64,000 bases of DNA. It comes from Chlorokybus atmophyticus. Lineage: Eukaryota > Plantae > Mesostigma and Chlorokybus algae. A program made the translations under genes and the position numbers. The stretch covers positions 186,001 to 250,000 of the forward strand of contig RHPI01001037.1 in the NCBI GenBank assembly GCA_009103225.1. The letters run 5' to 3'. Of the stretch, positions 24,134 to 36,269 are shown piece after piece. The stretch's first letter is position 1. Each line of letters begins with the position of its first letter. The notes under the pieces were generated by a model. The model had not been told where the DNA came from. It saw only the letters and a list, made by a program, of their open reading frames with translations, and made no database searches.

Positions 24134-26203
24134 TCAAAAGTACTGCTGACCCATAATATCAGCCCGATCATTGCCGCGCTGTCCAGCGGTGTTGATAGGT
24201 CGCAACAGATCCAGCTTTGCATGATCCACCATATGCTGTCTACCCACCGGGTCGAGAACAACAATCTCGTCAAAAGTTTGCGACCAGACGATATCACCAT
24301 CGTGTGCCGAGAATGGCTGCGCATGGAACACCATCTGCATGGACGAGCGCTCCGTCCCGATCACCGTGAGCACGATGATGGCGTCTTCATCAATGAGCTC
24401 CTGTTCGCTCTTCCCGTAGAGCGGGCTGCTTTGGTCAATAGCGTGGCGGATCATTGCTCCCACGCGTAGGTAAGGTATCTCACTCAACACAAGGGACAGC
24501 TCCGCAGGCTCAGAGAGTGGTAGATCCATCCGCGCGTTGTTTTTGTCCTCAGCAAGTTGGTAGTATAATAGGCTGAACTTAACGTCCAGCAACTCCACCC
24601 CTACTGGACCTGTAAGCACGAGCCGCGTCACCAGCGACCTGCACAGAAGTCCACCATCATCACGGATGCATGTTGTGCACATATGAGCATGTGAAGATGT
24701 CTGTGCAGTGAGCATGCAAGTACCAGGTTTCCTCCTCTCCATCCGGGACATCAGTATCCTTGAATACGACGGCTCTTGTGGCGCACTTGATGGGTAGGCT
24801 AGGCTGGGCCAGCCGCAAAAACACTGCCAAGCAGATGCGCATCAAAGTGTGCCCCGGAAGTTTGCAATGACCAGTCATCACATATTGCCACGTATTTAAC
24901 AGACAGTACCACTGCAGCGATGCGTGTAAGTGTCTTACCAGCGCCAGAAAGCAGGCAGAAGCACAGCTGCGCCACCAATGTGACCATGCTGGACATGAAG
25001 GTCACGAACCCTGTGGGTGGCAAGCGCGGGTTTCCACCAAACGAGGTGGCCAGGCATACAGCATGCACAAAGCTGTGATACAGCAAGTTGTCCCCCTGCA
25101 AGATAACAACATAAGCACAAGTCACACACGTGCCTTTGACCATGACACAAGTCTTGCCAAACAGGTTCCATGATGCAGCTTGAAAGCTCAGAGGGGGGAT
25201 TGACTAACTTCTCTCCTTGAAAGCGCAGAAGGAGAAGTCAGTCAATCTCCTCAATCTCCTCTGAGCTTTCAAGCCTGCACCTGAAGGCATGGCCTGGACT
25301 GCGGTATCAAGCTTGGAACTAGCATTGTAAAGTCTGAGGCGAAGCATTCCTCAACATCGTTGTGCATCTCGGTGGGCAGGGGCTCGAGCTCGACGACCCC
25401 GAGCCAGATGATTGGGCTGAACACCGCTCCAAGCACCACTGGCACTAGGAAGAAGCTGGCGATGAAGAGCGAAAACGGGAGGCGAAGAGACCACTGCATT
25501 GGCAAACAAACATATGGCTGCGTGAGCATGTCACAGTTGCCATCAAGCTGCAGGTTGTACATGTGTTGATGCACAGGGGTTGCACATAATGCAGTGCGTG
25601 CGTGCGTGCGTGCGTGTTGTGGTGGTAGGGATGGAGGTGGGGGCGGGGGTCAGCGCTCCTGATGCCATTAACTTGGGTGTGTGGGTGAGATTGTGCACGA
25701 AACATGTAACACATGGTTGCCAGCTACGCTACTGCAAGAGCATCAACCAGCAACGTGACAGGTTCAATCTGGTAGACGGTTTTGCTGTTTGCTTGAAATG
25801 TAGGCCGCGTACGCACAGCTGCATGCACATCAGCTTGTTCACTACACAACACCTCCCTAACAAGGTCTGCTGCTGCAGACAATTTCTTCTATGCCACCTT
25901 ACGAGCATTGTTGTATACGGTCGCACAGCATAACGACATGAAATGACTGTTGCAAGGCTTAGTCAGTAAGGAGTAAGAAATCGCACGCGTGCAAGCACAG
26001 GAAGCCTTGCTCGTCAGTTTAGTGTGCACACACGCCAGTACACTTGTGAGGTTACGCTGCGCATGTGCTGACGTATGCATATAAGAGTCTGTATCCAGAA
26101 CAACCAGCCTGCTGTGCACCTGAAAGGCGTCGGAGAGGCGCAACCCCAGGCCTTGCCGCTTGGATATGATGCTGGAAACGCCCCGCTTGCCCCTCAGCTG
26201 CAT
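24134..26203 (-). CDS. Inward-rectifier (Kir/IRK)-like channel subunit with atypical pore
   Basis: Slide helix SDAFQ|WSLRLPF; TM1; extracellular Cys (EECFASDF); pore helix; TM2 ending SGAVFLRLAQP; Kir cytoplasmic motifs IRHAIDQSSPLYG, IIVLTVIGTERSSMQ and DIVWSQTFDEIV. Confidence 0.85.
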
Positions 26204-26569
26204 GGCCGGGCATCAACACAGAGGTGGAAGGGAAGTTCTAGCAAGAGCTCAGCCTACTCAACCTACAAGCCTCATCAGACTCGTCTGCACACGAGCTAGC
26301 TACAACACGAATGGTTTAATCATGCTGGGGAGCAGGCAACACCCCCCCACTTTACAGCGTCAATGCACCAGCAAGTTTACCTGCTTTAGAACAGTACAAT
26401 CAATAGCCTACTTGCTTGCTCGCTTGTTTACTCAAGCAGCGCAATCCCTGCGTCAGGCTAGGCTAGTCTACTGCCCGACCAGGCCGCGCCGGCCGTCTAT
26501 TTTAGCCTCGCCTTGAACTGGTCTGGGCTGTAGATGCTACCAGCCAGTGTAGGTGAAGGCAGCAATGCG

Positions 26570-28938
26570 ATGCGCGGGGGGCGGCGGCGTGGGGCGGTTG
26601 GCTTGCTGGTGATCGTCGTGCTGCTCGGGCTGGTTCTCGTGCAGCAGCTGTCCGTGCTGTCCAGACTGCCGATTGGGGCAAGAGCAGGAGCAGGAGCAGG
26701 AGCAGGAGTGAAGGTTGGGACGAGCTTCAGCGACGCCGGCAGCGCTGCCGTGAAGGAGGCCAAGCCTGGTGCTGAGGGTGGCAAGCTCACAGCAACACAA
26801 AGCTCCTGTGCGAACACCTCCGCCCTCCTGCCTCCGGCTGCTCTGTCATGGACGGTGGAGGCGGAGAGGATTGTCGTGCAGGCGTTTACGAAGCTGCAGT
26901 CACCTCCCGACTGCAAAAGCGCACGAGCAGTGAGTGCTGAAAGCAGCAGTCCGTGTACAATGGTTACAAAACCATGCACTTGTAAGACACTGAGCATTAC
27001 ATGCTTGTGGTGCATGGCGCCATGCTTGCCGCACAATTTGGCGTAAGCGCTCTGGGTGGCTGCAATGATTGCATGTCTAAGCCGGTGTATGCTCCGTACA
27101 TGCTCAACGCACTGGATTCGCAGCTCCCACAAGTGGCTTGTGACCTTTGCTTTGTTCAGCAAATCAAACTCACCATGGTCAAATGCATGTGCTTGTTCCA
27201 GTCCTTCAAGGTCTACTTTGCATCAACAAAAGGGCCGATTGCTACCTGTGACAATGACATGAATGTTGTGAGCAGGTGTTTCATGTGCCCCGCGAGTTTG
27301 GGTTCTACGCGACTATGCACTCATTCCAGCTGTCCTGGGTCATGGCCCTCCATCTCAATCGCACACTGCTGCCGCTGCCCAACCCCTGGGAGGTGAGCAA
27401 AGCAGCAGTGTAATTTTGTGTTCTATCATACAACCATTTCACGCAGTATTGTGAAGCAGATTGTGTATGCTAGCTAACCATGTTGTTGCATGAGACCAAC
27501 AGATGGTTTTGTTGCGCAGGGTTCTGTCAAAGAAATAGAGAAAGGCATAGCTGGTTACAACCTGTTTCGCAAAGTCGTTCTTCCAGCGCGCTGCGAAAGT
27601 GTGTTCAAGACGGTCAGGATTCATGGGAAGGAAGCTGATGCAATGGTAAGTTCATTTGTGAGCATTGTCAAGGCTGCCACGTTTCCTGCTGCATGCCCAG
27701 GTGCTGATGCAATGCCGACATGTTGTTAGCTGACAGGTGCTGCAAACGCCAATACATTGTGGTAACATTGTGTCACCATCCCACGCTATCCACAACAGCT
27801 CGGCCCTGAGGGTGCACTTCTGCGGCGGGCGTCCAGGCCAGCTGGCCTTGCGGGCTGCGAGCGGCTTCCCCCCATGGCTGTGGCAGGTATCAACTGCTTG
27901 GCAACCACTGGAGTGAGGTTGTTTGCTGCCTGTGTTAAGTTCTGCTACATGAATGAACCCTGTGCGACTGGTTGTTCATCACTGCAACGCGTGTGCAGAA
28001 ACTGTTGGCAACTCCAGGAGCGCTGTCCATTGGGCCTCAGTTTACTGCAGCACATGCGCAGTTCATGCTGCATTCTATTCTCTCCAAGCATATGCTGGAC
28101 ACGGTGGCTACCTTTCTGCAAGACACTACTGCGTCGCAGTCTCCCGTTTTTCCAGATGTGGTCGACCGGCCAGTAGTGGGAGTTCATGTGCGAAGGTATG
28201 GGTTTCAACACTATGAATCTGTATCTGTTGTGTGCAGTACAAAGTCCTCGTAGCTTTGCCGCTTTGCGCAGGACTCGGCGGTCATTCTGAAAGGTGTCAC
28301 GCACAACCCACCACCATATGTTGCAGGGGTGACAAGTTGAATGAAGATGCGTACTTTCAAAAGCACAAGGCATACCGACCATTGTCCGACTACTGGCAGA
28401 GAGCTGCTGTGCTTGGCGGTTGGCAATCAGGCTGCTGCCTGCAAACTATGCTTGTCATGTCCGATGAACCATCATTATTTCAGGTATGGGATATGTATAC
28501 TGCCGCAGCTGATTGGCGAGCATGCCCTGGCAATGCTGAATACGCTTGAACAAGATTGGTTGACGATAGCATGCGGGGTACATCAACACACATCGTGTTG
28601 TTGCGCAGGACAAGCACTCAGTGGATGACAGCTTGAAAGAAGCTCTGCAGAACGCCCAAATTAGTTCCAAGTGCCATCAAGTTGTGCCAGCAGTCCACTA
28701 TGATGAAGGTGCCATTGGGGCAAGTGTGTTGTCGCAGCGGACATCGCAGACTCAGATTGCTCGGTTGGTAGCTTCCAGTAGGGAACTGTGTCACAAGGCC
28801 GATCAGCTTGTGGTCACAGCTTCCTCCAACGTGGGTCGATTTCTGATGGAATACCTTGGTGCCAGCAGGCGTGTTGCCCAAGTTGAGCTGCAAGGACCAT
28901 TAGGGGACTTTACTGACCTCATCTGGCATATAAAATAG
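26570..28938 (+). CDS. GT23 alpha-1,6-fucosyltransferase-like (FUT8/NodZ family) type II membrane protein
   Basis: N-terminal signal anchor GAVGLLVIVVLLGLVLV; motif I VGVHVRR|GDK across a GT-AG intron; motif III LVVTASSNVGRFLMEY; stop at 28936-28938. Confidence 0.82.
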
Positions 28939-29210
28939 GCTGTACAGGGTTGACATCAGCTATGCAATGCCATGACAACCTAGACAGGTTGCAGCACCAA
29001 CCCCACCATTTGCTGGGCAGAATCAATGTCGCGCTTGATTGTATTGATATTTGCATCTTGGCATGGATGCCACAGGTGGCAGAACTGACGTCTACACGTT
29101 ACACCTATGACTGTCAACATACACAGACAGAAGCCGAGCTGTCAACACAGCACATCCAGCTTCAGTCCGCCTTGCCAACTGTCAACCTGCCACGGCTGCC
29201 ACAGCTGTGC

Positions 29211-31505
29211 TCAACCACCAGTGCGGGTGCGGGCTTCCTTTTCAGCTTTCAGCTTTGTAGGTGCCCTCGTCACCAGATCGTACACCTGCGAACAGGTGTC
29301 TCAATCTTACATCCGGCTGTCGGACATGTTGCGCACCAGCGCATCCGTGTTGCTTCAAGCAAAACTGACCTTGCGTACTCCAGTAGTCAGGCCTGTGCCA
29401 GGCAGCGCGCGGCTGTCAACCCAGCGAACAGGGTATGCTGACTTCGTGGTCTGTGCTTGCAGCTCTGACACTGCCAGACATCAAGCATTGAGATGACATT
29501 CCACAAAGATGCTGCATTAAGGCGTGATGCACGACAACTCATACCACCACTTACATGAGCCTTCAATGACTAGCTGTTCAACATGGAGGTCATGTCGCAC
29601 GTGTGAGAAGATATGTCTTAGTTGGCCTACTCGAGATCGCCGCAGGACTTTGCAGGTGGTGATGCTGATGCCCAGCCCCTTGAGCAGATGCTTATTCATT
29701 GCAGCACGTAAGCTGGCTTCAGAAGTAGAAGCACCTGAGGCCAAAACAACGGCGGGAAACTCCCAGAGACCAGCAAGCAGGCCTGACTCTGGTCGCTGAA
29801 CCAATAAGTAGAAGCAGGCGTCGGCAGCCTGGAGTTGCACCACACACACAGCAACTTGTTCTTTGCGCTGTGGCCTGCGCACAACTGCTGATGCATCAGA
29901 CCCCTCAGCCAAGCTCTCATGCACATGTCTCCCTCAACCACGTAGCGGCTGCCAAGTTTATTTACGCACGCTTCTTGCAGAGGCAAACACTTTGGCAGAT
30001 GCATACCTTTGCTTGGGTAGTCTGTCACTGGGCGTCCGTTGTCATCTTGACCGGCATAAGCGTGGCACTGCGTAGACACTGGACACTGGCTACACTTGGG
30101 GTTCCCCGGCGTGCATATCAGTGCACCCAGTTCCATCATTGCTTGGTTCCAATCACCAGGACGTTGTCGATCAACTAGTTGTGCCGCAAGCCGCCTGCCA
30201 GGGGCGATTTGCTGAGATCACTGAGAGCGTAACCTTTAAACATGAAAGCTATGCACCACGCTAGAGGTTTAACAAATTCAGCACCAAAGGTCACAACTGC
30301 ATGAGCAAACGGCAGAGCATGTCTTGAGGTTGTGACAAAAGGGGGGGCATTTTACCAGTGCGTGGCAACTGTCTGTGCTGCTTTTGGATCAGCTGATATC
30401 GCCCGCAACCGGGATAATACGCGAATGACATTGCCATCCACCACTGGTGTATCGACACTGAATGCAACAGAAGCAATGGCACCAGCTGTGTATGGACCGA
30501 TTCCTGTGCAGTAAACATTAGGACAATGGGGGACTGATGTCGCATTTGCAAGGCAAGTCAGTGCCGGCTCTTAAAAGACGTGCAACCTGGTATCTTGCGC
30601 AGTTGCTCCACAGTGCAGGGCAGCTGACCGTTGTGATGCTTGACCAAATAATCCGCACCCTATCCAAGTGTCGGATCATCGGCACAAGACGCTTCGTAGA
30701 CACTGCATGCCAAAGCCATCACATCGCGACATACACCCTAGATGAACACTCACCTCCCAGAGGAACTTTGCGCGGCGATAATAGCCCAACCCTGCCCACA
30801 GCTCATTCACCTCCTGCAAATATATACACACGGTTGGTACTGGTGGTGCTCAACTGTGTCATTGAGATGCACAGCCAGGATATGTGTGCAAGTCATTCCT
30901 GCAACCTGGCAAGGGCCATATGAAATGGCAACAGATTATGTAGTATGAGATGGTGCTTGTCGTGTTGTAATGCTGATGGCAGCTGGCAATGTAAAGCAGG
31001 AGAAATGAAACTTGGAAGCACCAATACTGCTGTGGCTTACCTCTAGAGTTGCTTTAGCTAAGGCTGCAACTGTGGGCCACCGCTTCAACCACCGTTCAAA
31101 GTATGGGATGACAGTCACTATCTGTGTTTGCTGCGACATCACCTCGCTGACCCACACCGCATACGCAAAGTGCTGTGGATCATCAGGTGGCGGTGCTGTG
31201 GGTTCAACCAGAGACTTGGCATTATAACGCCAGGGGAGCACGCGGTGATTGCTGTCATACCACTCCAACAGCTGAAGCCTCAAAAGAGAGCATTCGCTGG
31301 GACTGAAATTAGAGACAAAGCTTGCTGATCTCAAGTCTTCAACATCTGGGATGGAGCAGGCACTTGGTTTGGAAGGAGGCAGCTGCCGCGAGTGAGAAGC
31401 TGATGCCTTGGGTGTGTGTGACAAAGTCGGCTGCTTGATGCTCGCGGAGCGTGTTGCAAGCCGTGCAGATGTACGCACAGCAGTGCTGCCATTGGACTTC
31501 ACCAT
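29211..31505 (-). CDS. MUTYH: Adenine DNA glycosylase MutY homolog
   Basis: [15 protein letters not shown]; [14 protein letters not shown]; [16 protein letters not shown]; Fe-S motif [24 protein letters not shown]; NUDIX-like [15 protein letters not shown]; C-terminal GLTTGVRK|VY; TGA at 29211-29213. Confidence 0.96.
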
Positions 31506-31861
31506 GTCGGCGATGTTATGGGTTATTTGCCATTTATGGCTAACAGGAATCGTACTGCTTCACGCATGCTGCTTGTGTTCAGACGGCAGCCTGCAAGAGT
31601 GCGCAGTTGTTGGTGTGGTTATGCAGTATTCAGTATACACTGTGCACGTGCCAACTCTCGTTCACACAAGCATGCTACCGGGGGGCAAGAGGGAGAAGAA
31701 AGTGGGACACGCTAGCCGTTGAAGTTCCGTACACATGAATCATCCTCAATCAGGAGCAACCAAGCTGAAGGTGTCACGGTGCGCATTGCATGCATGCGCA
31801 ATGCATGCAACGCACAATGCAGACACTTGCGGAGCTGAATTTCCTGAGGCATACCACTGCG

Positions 31862-32062
31862 TCATTGCCTGTGGTATCCTATGCGAGACGCTGCAGACGG
31901 CTTGTGAGGCGGCGGAGGCGGAGGCGGCAATGCCGCGCTTTGCTGTTGCTGTTGCAGGATAGCCCCCTGAGCAGCCGCAGCCGCGGCCGCCGCTTTGACC
32001 TCCTCCAGCTCCCGCTTGTCCTCCGCCTTCAGCTCGATGCGGGTGGGCGGCCGGCGCAGCAT
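31862..32062 (-). CDS. CDC26: Anaphase-promoting complex subunit CDC26 (66 aa, single exon)
   Basis: MLRRPPTRIELKAEDKRELEEV matches the CDC26 N-terminal signature MLRRKPTxIxLKxED; ends SRIGYHRQ like plant CDC26. Confidence 0.9.
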   Translation of the reverse strand: MLRRPPTRIELKAEDKRELEEVKAAAAAAAAQGAILQQQQQSAALPPPPPPPHKPSAASRIGYHRQ

Positions 32063-32305
32063 CCCGGGGGCCAGCAACGGCGGCAACCACGGCGGCAACC
32101 ACGGCGACAACGCCAACAGCGATCAACCCAAAAACCCTGGTCCGGGGATTTGAATCAAGTGTTTGTTATTTGCATGTTTGGCGTTACTTCAAACCAAGAC
32201 TGCCGTTGGGCCAGCCGTCAGCGCACAGCAGTGTAGTTAGCGGCGGGTGAAGAGGCGGCGCCCTGCCGCCCCACCGCCGTCTGTGAGCCCACACCATCCC
32301 CACTA

Positions 32306-32547
<242 letters not shown>

Positions 32548-33312
32548 GTGCTTGCTACCGTGTTAAAGCACCGCACAGTCATACCCACGCCTCCAATGCA
32601 TTGTCTGATTGTTCGGGCTTGCCAGGCAGAGTCGCAGATGTCGGAAGCTTGATGATTTGGTATGCTTGACTATGCCTATGTACAGCTGATCACGTCATTG
32701 GCATGACTGCTTTCTTGTTTGAAGTTCATGGAGCTGGTGTCTTTCGAAGTTTGCAGAAGCGAGCAACTGGTAAAGTGTAGTAATCTTTGTATTGAATTGG
32801 ATTGCCTCTCCGTTAGTTTTTGTTATAGCCGCAGCATGGGCGGATTCATGCAACCTGAACTCATGTACACGACCAGATTTTACTCAACGTATTTTATTGC
32901 CGCTAAGAACGGCAATCTGCTGGGCATCTCAAGTGTAACCAACTGGTGCGTCAACAAGTATAGCAGACCGCACCACACTATCGACCAGCTGGCGACCGGT
33001 GAAAACCACACATTGACTTCTGCATCACTGGCAGAGATGATGGTAATCTCTAAGCCTGTTTACTTGTGTGCACAGCAAGCTAATGCCACAGATCCGCATG
33101 CCAATGCAGCCAAGCAGCATCACAACCACCATGTACATTGATCTGCACACCACAGGTCTAGCATTGATAACCTGAACGAATTGCCCTTGCTGCAAGAGGA
33201 AAAGTCAATAGAACAGATACTGAACGACACAACGTATAGCTTAAGCACACTCAAAACAGTCACTACAAGTTACAGGATAATTCGATTGTTTGAGACTGCA
33301 TTATATGCTACG

Positions 33313-34912
33313 CTACTTTTTGTAGGTGTTGTTCAGGTAGTCCACAATGTCACCACTCTCGAGCATCTCCACGCCAGTATTGGGATCATACAAGTACGGC
33401 ACCTGTAGCATCAGTCCCACATTAGCAACCAAGTTGGATAGTTTGGCAAATCGGTCACTGCTGTGTGCCATTCGTGGCCATGCCCTAAACCAAACTGACC
33501 CAAAATACCAATGCAAATGCGTCTTGTCAGTGGCATAAGGCACCTGGAAAAAGCCAATCTTCTCCTTCAACAACTTGCGCTTGTGGCTTCCACGGGGTGT
33601 CGTGCGCATGATGTGAGGCAGTTCCAGCTCGCTTAGGGTCTCGCGCACCAACTTGGTGAACGGGGAAATCTGGGAAGTGCATACCCAACATTGGTCATAA
33701 CACTTCTACATTCAAAATGCCGATGCAACCACAGGCAATGGAGATGTGGCTGCGTCGCATGCCGAAGGTAGACAGCCATGTGCACTTGCCTCGTAGCCCC
33801 AAAGCTCCAGTGGCTTTGCGGCCGACTTTGCAGGGATGTAACGCGATCCATGGTTCATGCGGAACAGTAGCCCGATACCAGCAGTCAGAGCGGTGAGCGC
33901 ACCCAACTTAAGCTGTTGACAAGGATGCTGTTTAATGCAACCCCCCCTTCACTGACGCAACAGACTGCCACTGTGGACATATCACAAATAGAACACAATG
34001 TGTCAACTGTGCCTACCGTGAAAGGCACAGATGCTCCGTTCCCATACTTCTCAAACAGGTAGTTGATGATGTCATCCGACTCGTACATGGAAACACCAGT
34101 GTTGGGATCCACCTGCAGACAGCGATCAGGCTGCAGTAATAGTTGTACAGCATCTGGCGGTATTTGCATCCGACTCGACTCACAACTTCTGGCTGTAAAA
34201 ATTCGTGGCTTCAGCATACCATGTAGGGATGTTGGGATTTGCCGCCAATCTCCTTCACTTTCGGGCGGTAGGTCGGTCCACCAGCAGGAGTTGGATAGAA
34301 TAAAACATCGAGGTTGAGAACATTCACTGCTTCCCTCACTTTGCGACAGAAGGGGCAGCTGTTGATATACAGTTAAGACAGCAGGAACGCTAAGAGACGC
34401 TCAGAGAGCTTTGTGTGCAGTTGAAGCCTTAGCCAAGTGCCACATTTGTTTATTGAAAGAGAACTGAGACACCAGTATGCGGACGGAACTCTCCTCACCC
34501 TTCAAACTCGTAGATTTCAATGGGTTTGGGCGGCAAGGCAGTCCCGCTCCCGACCTCCGACGCCACGAAGGCGCCGGTGGCGAGCCTAAGGATGGCGACG
34601 GGAATCGAAAGCGCGATATCCGCCAGCTTGTCCGTCCGTGGGATAAACAGTTTCTGCTTCAACGGCTGCTTCTGTAGCTTTCCACCTGATGTTCATGAGG
34701 CTCAGGACATGTCTGTTGCAGAGCTCATTCACTGCACATTTAACACAGCACGCACTGTTTTTGGCGTCGGCTCTCACGGTTCGTGCATGGCGAGCAGGCG
34801 CAGGCACCACGCTTGGGCGAGTGCTGGCTGGCTTTAAGACGAGTTTGCTTTCTTTACCAGCTGCGCCACCCACATGCGGGCGTGACAGCAGAGCACTTGC
34901 CGTCATTGCCAT
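33313..34912 (-). CDS. Plastid-targeted tandem GST-N/thioredoxin-fold protein
   Basis: Transit-peptide-like MAMTASALLSRP...; PIEIYEFEG|CPFCRKV; VDPNTGVSMYESDDIINYLFEKYG; second domain PLELWGYE...LVRETLSELELPH...DPNTGVEMLESGDIVDYLNNTY. Confidence 0.88.
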
Positions 34913-36269
34913 CCTACAGGCATGAAGGGTTCAGCGTGATCGTTAGACGTCACTGCCAGTATCAAGTACAGAACATGACTGCGGTTGCTCAACAGTAGCA
35001 GCGACACAGTCGGAAGCCAAGCATTGGTGCAAGTTGGCGCTGTGAACCTGGCATTGAACTGCAACCAGGTATACTATCCGCATAACGGACATGTGGTATG
35101 AGCTTCAGTTGAACAGTGTGTCACATGCAAACCAGAACATTGCCCTTATGGACACAATCAGCAAGTCGGCAGAAGACCACCCAGTGCATAACCATGTTAA
35201 GTTGTTACTCTCTGTGGATAGTACGAGCTTGCATGTAATGGGAAGTGATTGCAATGCTGCACTTGCGTGCAGTCCGGCACAATTTGTCAGGCATTGCCGC
35301 AGTATATTCCGGACCTGCTCCTCAATGCCAGCTGCACGACACTGAAGGCTGCGACGGCAGGGGTCGTAGCTTCTAGTGCCGTGTAGTTGGCATTGAGGAG
35401 CACGACAAGAGTACACATTTGCATGCTTTGTGCATGTTCATGTGCTCACAGCAGTGCATGCGGCACGCACTGACGTAACGACCAATGCAAGCAATATTCA
35501 GCAAATGCAGACCGACAACGCCAGACAAAGCCAAGCGGCAAACGTGTGTATCAAAACATGCTGCAAGACCTGCTTGACAGCTCCGCCGCCGCCGCTGCCG
35601 CCGCCCGTTAACAAAGCCAGCAACTACGACGCCTACCCGGCTGGCTGGCAGCTCCTGCATTGCCTGCAAGTTGGCCGTTGCATATACGTGCTGGTTTTTG
35701 CAACAGCTGGGCCGGCGGCGGGCACTTTACACAATGGTTGGCATGGGGGCGCAAGCTCCCTGTGGATAGCTTAAATAGACGCATTGATTGCTGGTGCATT
35801 GACACGTCCCCCAACCCTTGGCCAAAGCTGTCGCCGGGGCTTGCGGCACAGTGGTCGCAACAGCACCTCGTGGTGGCACTATCAAGTGTTGATGGGTGCA
35901 ACCCGGTATGTGTTCCCGCTTTGTCGTAGCATCTTCTTGCACAAGCAAGCTCTGACTTCCCGCGATCAAGGCAGCCTGCCGCTGATATGGCGTTGTCTCT
36001 GAAGCCGGTACGGGCTTTTGTGTGTGTGACAATGACTCGCAAGTGTCCTGGATTGCTGGCTTTGCCCTGGCTGCATGCATAAACGACGGCAGCCAAGCGT
36101 TCCGCCGCGTTTTGCACTGCCGGCGACATTTGGCATTATACTTTGTACGCAATACTGCCTCCCAGAGTTTGATCGTCATCGTGGATATAGGGGGTTGCCA
36201 CTGTGCATGTCTTCATCACCAACCTTGGCAATCTGCATACACTTCCTGACATGCATGCAAGTGGTGAGC

